Positions 31,083-39,062 of a stretch of DNA of 64,000 nt are shown in pieces. Source of the stretch: Candidatus Sericytochromatia bacterium (lineage in GTDB: Bacteria; Cyanobacteriota; Sericytochromatia; S15B-MN24; UBA4093). Position 1 is the first letter of the stretch; the number at the start of each line of letters is the position of its first letter. The translations under genes and the position numbers were made by a program. The DNA is taken from the NCBI GenBank assembly GCA_036676985.1, contig JAKFBU010000030.1, positions 1-64,000 on the forward strand. The letters run 5' to 3'. The notes under the pieces are model-generated. The model was not told where the DNA came from, ran no database searches, and was given only the letters and a program-made list of their open reading frames with translations.

Positions 31083-31770
31083 GGGGCACCTCGGCAAGCG
31101 AGAACTCGATGGGGAGCCGTACCGAGCACGCGACGGCCACGCCCTCGCGCAGGGCGGGCTTGAAGCGGGTCTGCCGCACGGCCGCCTCTGCGGCCTTGGC
31201 GAAGGCCACGCCTCCCGAGTACGACAGCACCTTGGCCTGCGTGACCCGCCCGTCCGCCTCGACCCAGGCCTCGACGAGGGCCGAGCCCGTCGCCCCTGCG
31301 ACGCGGGCGACCTCCGGGTAGTTGACCCTCAGGCGGCCGATGGGCTCGGGCTCGCGCGCGAGCACCTCCACGGTGGCCTCGTCCGAGAAGTCCAGCTCCA
31401 AAGGAGCGGGCGCCGAGGCCGTGGCCTCGACCTCGAGGGTGTCGCCCACCGGAACCTCCATGGTGCCGCCCGGTCCGTCGGCCACCCCGAAGGTCGCGGG
31501 CGCGTTGCCAGGGTTCGGGGCCACCGCCGTCATGGGTTGGGGGCGAGCAGGGCGCGGCGGGGTCTTGGCGGCGGCCTTATTCGGGGCGGCCTGCTTGGGC
31601 TTCGGGGGCTCCTTCGGCTTCTCGGGAGGGCGCGGCTTCTTGCGCTCCACCAGCATGACCGGCACGACCTTCTTGACGAGCTCCCGGCCGGGGACGCTCA
31701 TCAAGGCGAAGGCTGCGAGCACGTGCAGCCCGATCGAGAGCCCGATGATCCAGGGGAGGCGAATCCGCAT
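31069..31770 (-). CDS. tonB: energy transducer TonB
   Basis: TM with S...H motif, Pro/Lys-rich linker, YPEVAR C-terminal domain. Confidence 0.9.
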   Translation of the reverse strand: MRIRLPWIIGLSIGLHVLAAFALMSVPGRELVKKVVPVMLVERKKPRPPEKPKEPPKPKQAAPNKAAAKTPPRPARPQPMTAVAPNPGNAPATFGVADGPGGTMEVPVGDTLEVEATASAPAPLELDFSDEATVEVLAREPEPIGRLRVNYPEVARVAGATGSALVEAWVEADGRVTQAKVLSYSGGVAFAKAAEAAVRQTRFKPALREGVAVACSVRLPIEFSLAEVPHETK

Positions 31771-31779
31771 CGGATCGTC

Positions 31780-32178
31780 CTAGAGGCGATCGACCGCGAA
31801 GGCGAGGCCCTCGATGCCGGCCCGGCGCGCGGCGTCCATGACCTCGACCACCCGGCCGTGCACCACCTCGCGATCGGCCCCCACCAGCACCTGGAGGTTG
31901 GGCCGGGCGCGCTTGCGCTCGGCGAGCTCGGACTGGAGCGCCGCGGGGTCCATGACCTCACCGTCCAGGATGATGGTGCCGTCGGCCTTGACCGTGACGG
32001 CCACCGTGCGGGCCTCGGTGGCCACGCTCTGCGAGGCCTTGGGCAGCTCGACCTTGAGGCTCTGCTGGGCGATGAGGTAGCTGGTCGCGAGGAAGATGAT
32101 GAGGAGCACCAGCGTCACGTCCACCAGGGGCGTGACGTTGATGTCGACGATGGGATCGTCGTCGCTACCGGACCGCAC
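31780..32178 (-). CDS. exbD: biopolymer transporter ExbD/TolR
   Basis: INVTPLVDV.LVLLIIF, ADREV.HG.V..VMD. Confidence 0.92.
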   Translation of the reverse strand: MRSGSDDDPIVDINVTPLVDVTLVLLIIFLATSYLIAQQSLKVELPKASQSVATEARTVAVTVKADGTIILDGEVMDPAALQSELAERKRARPNLQVLVGADREVVHGRVVEVMDAARRAGIEGLAFAVDRL

Positions 32179-32809
32179 GCACAGCCTCCGACTTCTGGTC
32201 GGCGATCGCCAGGGCGTGGATGGCCTCGGCGGCCTCCTCGAGGCGGTAATCGACCACGCGGATGTGGCGCTGGCAGAGGTTGAAGGCGATGACGGCCGGG
32301 ATGGCGACGAGGATGCCCACGGCCGTGGCGACCAGGGCCTCGGAGATGCCCGCCATCACGACCGAGGGGCCCTGGCCCGCGGACGCCCCCAGGTCGTGGA
32401 AGGCCTTGATGATGCCGAGCACGGTGCCGAAGAGGCCCACGAAGGGCGCGTTGTTGCCGAGCGTGCCGAGCACGACCAGGCCGCGCTCGGCGGCCGCCTT
32501 CTCCTGGAGGCGGTGGGCGAGAAGGGTGGCGCGCAGGCGATCCGGGCCCTGGTGCCAGGAGTCGACCGCCAGCTTGAGCATCCGACCCACGGGCCCGTTG
32601 GTCGCTCGGCTCGCCGCCTCGTAATCGCCCCGCGCCAGGGCCGCGACGCCCTCGAGGATGAGGGTGCCCGCCGGCTCACGGTTGCCGAAGAAGTAGGCGA
32701 CCCGCTCCAGGATGAGCGTCACCGAAAACATGGAAAAGGCCAGGAGCAAGTAGAGGACCCACTCGCCCCCCCCGTTGCCGATGCCCTTGATGAGTTCCGT
32801 GAGGTTCAC
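32165..32809 (-). CDS. exbB: MotA/TolQ/ExbB proton channel protein
   Basis: LGTLG..APFVGLFGTVLGI, GISEAL.ATA.GI.VAIPA. Confidence 0.92.
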   Translation of the reverse strand: MNLTELIKGIGNGGGEWVLYLLLAFSMFSVTLILERVAYFFGNREPAGTLILEGVAALARGDYEAASRATNGPVGRMLKLAVDSWHQGPDRLRATLLAHRLQEKAAAERGLVVLGTLGNNAPFVGLFGTVLGIIKAFHDLGASAGQGPSVVMAGISEALVATAVGILVAIPAVIAFNLCQRHIRVVDYRLEEAAEAIHALAIADQKSEAVRAVR

Positions 32810-32865
32810 TGCAGCCGCTCCTATCCCGCCCAGATCGTGTCAGCAAGCGAATTTTGTACTAAAGT

Positions 32866-32881
32866 ATAGGATTCATCCTAT
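32866..32881. promoter_or_regulatory. palindromic candidate operator upstream of exbB operon
   Basis: ATAGGAT-TC-ATCCTAT in an AT-rich patch 57 nt upstream of exbB. Confidence 0.5.
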
Positions 32882-33088
32882 GACACCCCGGCGATGCCGT
32901 CAATCAAGATCGGGCCGTCCCTCGCCGACGACGTGGACATCCCGATCGAGCGGTCGCGACGGGTGCTCCCATCGCCCTCGTCTCTTAACCATTCCTTTCC
33001 CCAAGGTTAGCCACCCCATAAGAACTTCACCCGTCGGAGCCCGGGATAACTCGATATCGACGTGAAGCAATCTTAAGGAGGCACCCTC

Positions 33089-34402
33089 ATGGCGAGCACC
33101 ATTCCCGGCCGACTTCTGTCCGACCTGCTGCCGCAGATCGACCGCAACCGCAACAAGCTCATCGATGCCTCGGAGGCGTCGGTGGCCGGCCGGGTGGGCA
33201 ACCAGAACGGGTTCAACGGGTTCGCCGAGACCGCCGAGGCCCTGGAGTCGGGCCGCGCGGCCCTCAAGGACTTCCGCCTGACGGCCCCGGATGCCGAGGC
33301 CTTCGCGGATCGTCTTGCCGGGGGCGACGCCTGGGTCTCCAAGGAGGACGTCTTCATCTCGGACGCCGCCCGCAGCCGCATCGACGGCTTCGGCGGGGCG
33401 GCCGACGGCCGCGTCTCCAGGGCCGAGCTCGCGGGTGCCTTCCAGCGCCGGGGCTTCGCCCTCCACCGCGACGGCATCTTCCTGTCGAGCGAGGTCGAGG
33501 GCCGCCTGGGCGCCGGTCGTCCGACTCCGCCCGCCGCGGGGCGCCCCACGCCTCCTGCCACCGAGCGCCCGACTCCTCCGTCGACGGGTCGTCCCACGCC
33601 TCCTTCGACCGGCCGTCCCACGCCTCCTGCCAGCGATCGCCCCACGCCTCCGCCGATCGGTCGTCCCACCCCGCCCCCGGTGGACCGCCCGACGCCGCCG
33701 CCCGTCGGCCTCGATCCCCGCGAGGTGTCGAGCCGCTACCAGGAGCAGCGCCGCACCCTTTCGGACCTCTACAACCGCTCCGGCGGCGTCATGAGCTACA
33801 GCGAGTTCCAGCGCCGCGACAAGGAGCTGATCCAGCGCGCCGTCGCCGACCTGGTGGACGTCACGGGGGACGCCTCCTATGGGACCCGGCGTCAGGCCCT
33901 TTCGGACATCTACAACCGCGCCAGCGGCAACATGAGCTACAGCGAATTCCAGAGCGCCGACAAGAGCCTCATCCGGGCTGCCGTCGACCAGGTCCTCTAC
34001 GTTCCGGGCGCCTATGCGCAGCGTCGTTCGGAGCTGTCGGACATCTACAACCGTGCGAGCGGCAACATGAGCTACTCGGAGTTCCAGGCCGCGGACAAGA
34101 GCCTGATCCGCGCGACGCTCGACGAGCTGCTCATGACCCCGGGCGACTACCGGACGCAGCGCCGGGACCTGTCGGACCTCTACAACCGCGCCAGCGGCAA
34201 CATGAGCTACAGCGAGTTCCAGAGCGCGGACAAGGAGCTCATCCGGTACGCCGTCGACGACCTGCTGCGGATGCCCGGCTCGTTCGACGACAAGAAGCGC
34301 CGCCTCTCGGAGATCTACAACCTCGCGAGCGGCAACATGAGCTACTCGGAGTTCCAGGCCGCGGAGCGCCGCCTCCTCGACCAGTCGCTCGGCCGCCTGT
34401 AA
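33089..34402 (+). CDS. hypothetical tandem-repeat protein
   Basis: AAGGAGG RBS; EF-hand-like loops, 8 x RPTPP octamer, 5 x ~45-aa repeat; own terminator. Confidence 0.88.
   Translation: MASTIPGRLLSDLLPQIDRNRNKLIDASEASVAGRVGNQNGFNGFAETAEALESGRAALKDFRLTAPDAEAFADRLAGGDAWVSKEDVFISDAARSRIDGFGGAADGRVSRAELAGAFQRRGFALHRDGIFLSSEVEGRLGAGRPTPPAAGRPTPPATERPTPPSTGRPTPPSTGRPTPPASDRPTPPPIGRPTPPPVDRPTPPPVGLDPREVSSRYQEQRRTLSDLYNRSGGVMSYSEFQRRDKELIQRAVADLVDVTGDASYGTRRQALSDIYNRASGNMSYSEFQSADKSLIRAAVDQVLYVPGAYAQRRSELSDIYNRASGNMSYSEFQAADKSLIRATLDELLMTPGDYRTQRRDLSDLYNRASGNMSYSEFQSADKELIRYAVDDLLRMPGSFDDKKRRLSEIYNLASGNMSYSEFQAAERRLLDQSLGRL
33512..33703 (+). repeat. 8 x 24-bp coding repeat (xxRPTPPx)
   Basis: AGRPTPPA, AGRPTPPA, TERPTPPS, TGRPTPPS, TGRPTPPA, SDRPTPPP, IGRPTPPP, VDRPTPPP. 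Confidence 0.9.
33737..34399 (+). repeat. 5 x ~135-bp coding repeat
   Basis: Unit core RRxLSD(I/L)YNRASGNMSYSEFQxADKxLIR repeated five times. Confidence 0.9.
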
Positions 34403-34416
34403 CGTCTTCCACCGTC

Positions 34417-34453
34417 AGCGTCCCGGGGCCGCAGCCCCGGGACGCTTCTCTTT
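34417..34453 (+). terminator. intrinsic terminator
   Basis: AGCGTCCCGGGGC-CGCA-GCCCCGGGACGCT followed by TCTCTTT. Confidence 0.75.
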
Positions 34454-34599
34454 GAAACGAGCTTGGAGCCTATCGAGCCCCACAACAAACCCGTTCACAT
34501 TGAGGCTCTCGAAATGCGAACGGTTCCTCCCGTGCATGATCCCTCCTGGGACATCCCCTCAAGAGGCCCAAACGGCGCCCCTTGAGGTATCATGGCCGC

Positions 34600-35193
34600 A
34601 TGCTCAGCCCGCACTTCCTGGATCTGCCCCGCATGGACGCCCGCGACCTCGCCGAGAACACGGTCGCAGCCGCCCGTCGCCTCCTCGGCTGCGTGCTCGT
34701 GCGCCGCGAGGGCGACGTCCTCATGGCGGGCCGCATCGTCGAGACCGAGGCCTACCGCCCCGACGACCCCGCCTCGCACTCCTTTCGCGGCCCCTCCGCC
34801 CGCAACGCGTCCATGTTCGGCGCGCCCGGACGGGCCTACGTGTACCTCATCTACGGCCTCAACCACTGCCTCAACGTCGTGACCGAGGCCGCAGGCACCG
34901 GCTCCGCCGTCCTGATCCGGGCCCTGGAGCCCCTCTCGGGCCATGACCTCATGCAAGCGCGGCGCAAGAGCCCGCACCTCACCAACGGGCCGGGCCGCCT
35001 TTGCCAGGCCCTCGGCATTGACCGGACCCTCGACGGCGAAGACCTGCTCGGGAGCGATCGCCTCTACCTGCTCGCCGCCCCGCCGCTAGCCGACGACGCC
35101 ATCCTCGCCACCGGCCGCATCGGCATCACCAAGGCGGCCGACTGGCCGTGGCGGTTCGTCATCGCCGGAAACGCCCACCTGTCCAGGAAGTAA
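34600..35193 (+). CDS. DNA-3-methyladenine glycosylase (MPG/AAG family)
   Basis: GRIVETEAY...DPASH, AYVYLIYG..HCLN, VLIRALEP, NGPGRLC.ALGI, RIGI. Confidence 0.95.
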   Translation: MLSPHFLDLPRMDARDLAENTVAAARRLLGCVLVRREGDVLMAGRIVETEAYRPDDPASHSFRGPSARNASMFGAPGRAYVYLIYGLNHCLNVVTEAAGTGSAVLIRALEPLSGHDLMQARRKSPHLTNGPGRLCQALGIDRTLDGEDLLGSDRLYLLAAPPLADDAILATGRIGITKAADWPWRFVIAGNAHLSRK

Positions 35194-35199
35194 ACCGTC

Positions 35200-35228
35200 T
35201 TGCGCTCATTTGTTCGAAACGCTACCAT
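35200..35228 (+). promoter_or_regulatory. sigma70-type promoter of recG-rsmD
   Basis: TTGCGC-17nt-TACCAT. Confidence 0.55.
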
Positions 35229-35254
35229 GGTCCCGCTGAAGCGGGGATGAGCCC

Positions 35255-37816
35255 ATGTCCACGTCCATCGGAAAACTGCACCAGGCCCTCACGGTCGAGG
35301 CGCGCCACCGCTACCCCAACATCCAGGGGCAGACGGCGCGCTTCGCGGACTTCGTGTGCGAGCAGTTGGCCGTCCTGCGCCTCACCCTGGGTCCCAACCC
35401 CAGCCTCCGGGCCAAGCTCGCCCAGCTGGGCGACGGCTTCGCCCAGTACGACGCCCTGACGCCGCCCGAGCGGCAGACGCTGGTCGACGGCATGATCGCG
35501 GTCCTGCCCTACCTCTCGGGCCCCCGCGCCGAGGCCTTCATGAACGCCCCGATGGGCGTGCTCAGCCCCGCGGACTCGGCCCGCATGGCGGCCAAGGCGG
35601 CACAGGCGAGCAGAGCGGCTCAGGCCGACCAGTCCGTCCGCGAGACGCCGAACCCCTACGCGAAAAAGCCCGCCGCTCCCCGTACCGGCGCCCCCAAGGT
35701 CGACGGCAAGGGGCTCGACCAGGCCGTGCAGTTCGTCAAGGGCGTGGGCCCGCGCATGGCCGAGAGCCTCGCCAAGCTCGGCATCCTCACGGTGCGCGAC
35801 CTCGTGCATCACTTCCCGCGCAAGCACCTCTACTACGACAACCGCACGCTCATCCGGGACCTCAAGGAAGGCGACGAGGTCTCCATCTGGGGGACCGTCC
35901 GCAAGGTCGAGGCCTTCAACCCGCCGCGCAAGCCCAACATGTGCATCATGACCGTCACCGTCAGCGACGGGACGGGCTCCGTGACGGCCCGCTGGTTCCA
36001 GGGCAAGGCCAACCGCTACCAGATGGACCAGTTCAAGAAGCGCTTCCCCATCGGGTGGCGGGTGCTCCTGTCGGGCGTGGTGCGCTACGACGAGTTCCAG
36101 GGCCGCAAGTTCTTCGATCGCCCCGAGGCCGAGGTCCTGGGCGAGAGCGGCGAGGAGGAGACGGACTCGCTGCACATGGGGCGCATCGTGCCCGTCTACC
36201 CGCTGACCGAGGGGCTGCACCTCAAGGGGCTCAGAAACGCGATCCACGCGGCCCTCGAGGCCTTCGGGCCACTGATCACGGACCCCATGCCCCCGGCCCT
36301 TATTAAGCGCAACGGGCTCATGGGCCGCCGCGAGGCCATCCGGGCCTACCACTTCCCCTCCTCCAAGGAGGAAGAGAAGCGAGCCAAGGAGCGCCTGGTC
36401 TACGACGAGTTCTTCTGGCTGCAGCTGGGGCTCGCCTACCGCCGGGCCCAGATCCGCAAGAACAGCGAGAGCATCGCCATCCCGGCCAAGGGCGAGCTCA
36501 CCGAGAAGCTCCTGGCCGCCCTGCCGTTCCAGCTCACGGGCGCCCAGGCCCGGGTCTTCGACGAGATCCGGCGCGACCTCGCGGCCTCCGAGGCCATGAA
36601 CCGCCTGGTGCAGGGGGACGTGGGCTCCGGAAAGACGGTCGTGGCCCTCCTGAGCCTCTTGGTCGCCGTCGAGAACGGCTACCAGGGCGCCCTCATGGCC
36701 CCCACCGAGATCCTCGCCGAGCAGCACTACAAGAAGTTCGTCGAGTGGCTCACGCCCCTCGGCATCCCCTGCGCGCTCCTGCTCGGCAAGCAGGGCAAGC
36801 GCGAGCGCAACCAGTATCTCAAGGCGATCGCCGCCGGCTACACGCCCATCACCGTGGGAACCCACGCCCTCATCCAGCAGGGCGTCGAGTTCCAGAACCT
36901 GGGGCTGGTCGTCATCGACGAGCAGCACCGCTTCGGCGTCAAGCAGCGCGCCGAGCTGCGCAGCAAGGGCCGGCACCCCGAGGTCCTGACCATGACGGCC
37001 ACCCCCATTCCGCGCACCCTGGCCCTCTCCATGCACGGGGACCTGGACGTCTCGGTCATCGACGAGCTGCCGCCCGGCCGCAAGCCCATCCAGACGTCCT
37101 GGGTCTCCTCCAAGGGCCGCAAGGGCGCCTGGGAGCTCGTCCGCCGGGAGCTCGGCATCGGCCGCCAGGCCTACATCGTCTTCCCGCTCATCGACAAGAG
37201 CGAAGAGATGGAGAACGTGCGCGCGGCCACCGAGGAGGCCGAGGTCCTCCAGCACAAGGTCTTCCCGGAGTACCGGGTGGGCCTCTTGCATGGCCAGATG
37301 CCCGCCGACGAGAAGGAGGCCATGATCGAGGCCTTCCGCAAGCACGAGCTCGACATCCTGGTGGCCACCACCGTCATCGAGGTGGGCGTGGACGTGCCCA
37401 ACGCCTCGGTCATGGTCATCGAGAACGCCGAGCGCTTCGGCCTGAGCCAGCTTCACCAGCTAAGAGGCCGCGTGGGCCGGGGCGCCGACCAGTCGTACTG
37501 CATCCTCGTCACGAGCTCCCCGTCCGAGGCCACCAAGCAGCGCATGGAGGTCATGGTCGCCACCAACGACGGCTTCGTCATCGCCGAGCAGGACCTCAAG
37601 CTGCGCGGCCCCGGCGAGTTCCTGGGCACCCGCCAGAGCGGTCTGCCGGACTTCGTGCTCGCAGACCTCACGGCCGACACCCACGCCCTCGAAGAGGCGC
37701 GCAAGGCGGCCTTCGAGCTCATGGGGCAAGACCCCGAGCTCGCGCGTCACCCGGAGGTCAAGGCCGAGCTGTACCGTCACTTCCAGTCCAACCTGGGCTT
37801 CTTGGGAATCGGATAA
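35255..37816 (+). CDS. recG: ATP-dependent DNA helicase RecG
   Basis: QGDVGSGKT, APTEILAEQH, DEQHRFG, TATPIPR, QLHQLRGRVGRG; ~140-aa N-terminal extension. Confidence 0.97.
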   Translation: MSTSIGKLHQALTVEARHRYPNIQGQTARFADFVCEQLAVLRLTLGPNPSLRAKLAQLGDGFAQYDALTPPERQTLVDGMIAVLPYLSGPRAEAFMNAPMGVLSPADSARMAAKAAQASRAAQADQSVRETPNPYAKKPAAPRTGAPKVDGKGLDQAVQFVKGVGPRMAESLAKLGILTVRDLVHHFPRKHLYYDNRTLIRDLKEGDEVSIWGTVRKVEAFNPPRKPNMCIMTVTVSDGTGSVTARWFQGKANRYQMDQFKKRFPIGWRVLLSGVVRYDEFQGRKFFDRPEAEVLGESGEEETDSLHMGRIVPVYPLTEGLHLKGLRNAIHAALEAFGPLITDPMPPALIKRNGLMGRREAIRAYHFPSSKEEEKRAKERLVYDEFFWLQLGLAYRRAQIRKNSESIAIPAKGELTEKLLAALPFQLTGAQARVFDEIRRDLAASEAMNRLVQGDVGSGKTVVALLSLLVAVENGYQGALMAPTEILAEQHYKKFVEWLTPLGIPCALLLGKQGKRERNQYLKAIAAGYTPITVGTHALIQQGVEFQNLGLVVIDEQHRFGVKQRAELRSKGRHPEVLTMTATPIPRTLALSMHGDLDVSVIDELPPGRKPIQTSWVSSKGRKGAWELVRRELGIGRQAYIVFPLIDKSEEMENVRAATEEAEVLQHKVFPEYRVGLLHGQMPADEKEAMIEAFRKHELDILVATTVIEVGVDVPNASVMVIENAERFGLSQLHQLRGRVGRGADQSYCILVTSSPSEATKQRMEVMVATNDGFVIAEQDLKLRGPGEFLGTRQSGLPDFVLADLTADTHALEEARKAAFELMGQDPELARHPEVKAELYRHFQSNLGFLGIG

Positions 37817-38359
37817 ATGCAAGTCATCGCAGGCACGCACCGCGGGCGCAAGCTCAAGACCCTCAAAGGAGACCTCACCCGGCCGACCAGCGGCCTGGTA
37901 CGGGGCGCCATGTTCAGCATCCTGGGCGATCGCCTCCCCGATGCGCGGGTGCTCGACCTGTATGCAGGCAGCGGAGCGCTCGCCATCGAGGCCCTGTCAC
38001 GCGGAGCCCGAGACGCCGTCCTCGTCGAGCGCGCGGCCGACGCCCAGAAGGTCATCCAGGACAACCTGCAGGCCTTGGGGCTGGGCGAACGCGCCACTCT
38101 GGTCCGGGGCGACGTCTCGGGCAAGCTCAAGGCCCTCGTGGGCCCCTTCGACGTGGTGCTCGCCGACCCTCCCTACCGCACCGTCGATTGGTCCCAGTTG
38201 CTTCAGGCCCTCCAGACCCCGGGCCTCCTGGCACCCGGAGCCGTGGTGCTCGCCGAGCATGCCCGGGGCGAGGCCCTTCCAGCCGCGTGCGGCTCCCTGA
38301 CCCTCGCCAGGACCTACCAGTACGGCGAGACGCACCTCGCCCTCTATCACCTGGCCTGA
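37817..38359 (+). CDS. rsmD: 16S rRNA (guanine(966)-N2)-methyltransferase
   Basis: VIAG..RGRKL, TRPT, LDLYAGSG...IEALSRGA, DPPY; abuts recG stop. Confidence 0.93.
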   Translation: MQVIAGTHRGRKLKTLKGDLTRPTSGLVRGAMFSILGDRLPDARVLDLYAGSGALAIEALSRGARDAVLVERAADAQKVIQDNLQALGLGERATLVRGDVSGKLKALVGPFDVVLADPPYRTVDWSQLLQALQTPGLLAPGAVVLAEHARGEALPAACGSLTLARTYQYGETHLALYHLA

Positions 38360-38702
38360 CGGGGGATCCCGCTCCGGCCCGCCGATCCGCTGGGGCGGCG
38401 CCGTTGCGCGCTTTCGCTTAGAAAGCTCACACGAATGAGCCAATCCTTACGGCCACCCGGCGAGGGGGGTCCCGACCGCTCCTGGGCACCGACCTCCGAT
38501 AGTCGAGCAGTCGCCGTCGCGGCGAGCCGGCATGGGTCGAGCGCTCGATGGCACCATGCCGACGTTTGAGCGTCCTCGGGATCGATTGACAGGCAGGCCT
38601 CCGATCGAGGACACTAAGGCTTGTTACATATATTCATTATAATTTATGAACGATCGGCCTGGACACAGGTCATAGGAACTGGCCTAGAGGAAAGGAGCGC
38701 GC

Positions 38703-39029
38703 ATGCTGCAGCTCGATATCCAACAGACCCCCGAGGAAACGGTTCTCCTGCTGTCCGGGGCGGTGGATACCCGCGAACTTTCGCAGCTCGACACCCAACT
38801 CGACGTCCTGATCGGCACCTTCCGGCCCGTCGTCGTGGCCGACCTCAGCCAGCTCGGCAGCCTCACGAGCGTGGGGCTCAAGTCCTTCATCCGCCTGGAG
38901 CGGCGGCTCACGATCTGCGGCAAGCGCTTCGTCATCCGGCACGCACCCGCGCACATCAAGCGGGTCTTCGAGTACTGCGGCTTGGACGTCTACTTCTCGT
39001 TCGAGAGCCCCCCCGGCCGTATGGCTTGA
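38703..39029 (+). CDS. STAS-domain anti-sigma factor antagonist (copy 1)
   Basis: AAAGGAG RBS; LSG.VD, DLSQL..LTSVGL, VF..CGL. Confidence 0.85.
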   Translation: MLQLDIQQTPEETVLLLSGAVDTRELSQLDTQLDVLIGTFRPVVVADLSQLGSLTSVGLKSFIRLERRLTICGKRFVIRHAPAHIKRVFEYCGLDVYFSFESPPGRMA

Positions 39030-39062
39030 GAGGGGACTGACCGAGCACCAAAGCCACGTGCC

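Noticed and set aside
27765-31163. 1132-aa plus-strand ORF
   Set aside because: Out-of-frame or antisense to tspO, the nuclease and the TonB-dependent receptor.
33737-34399. Possible CRISPR array (recurring GGCAACATGAGCTAC)
   Set aside because: Repeats are in-frame coding units with synonymous variation and related intervening sequence; no cas genes.
35222-37456. 744-aa minus-strand ORF
   Set aside because: Antisense shadow of recG.
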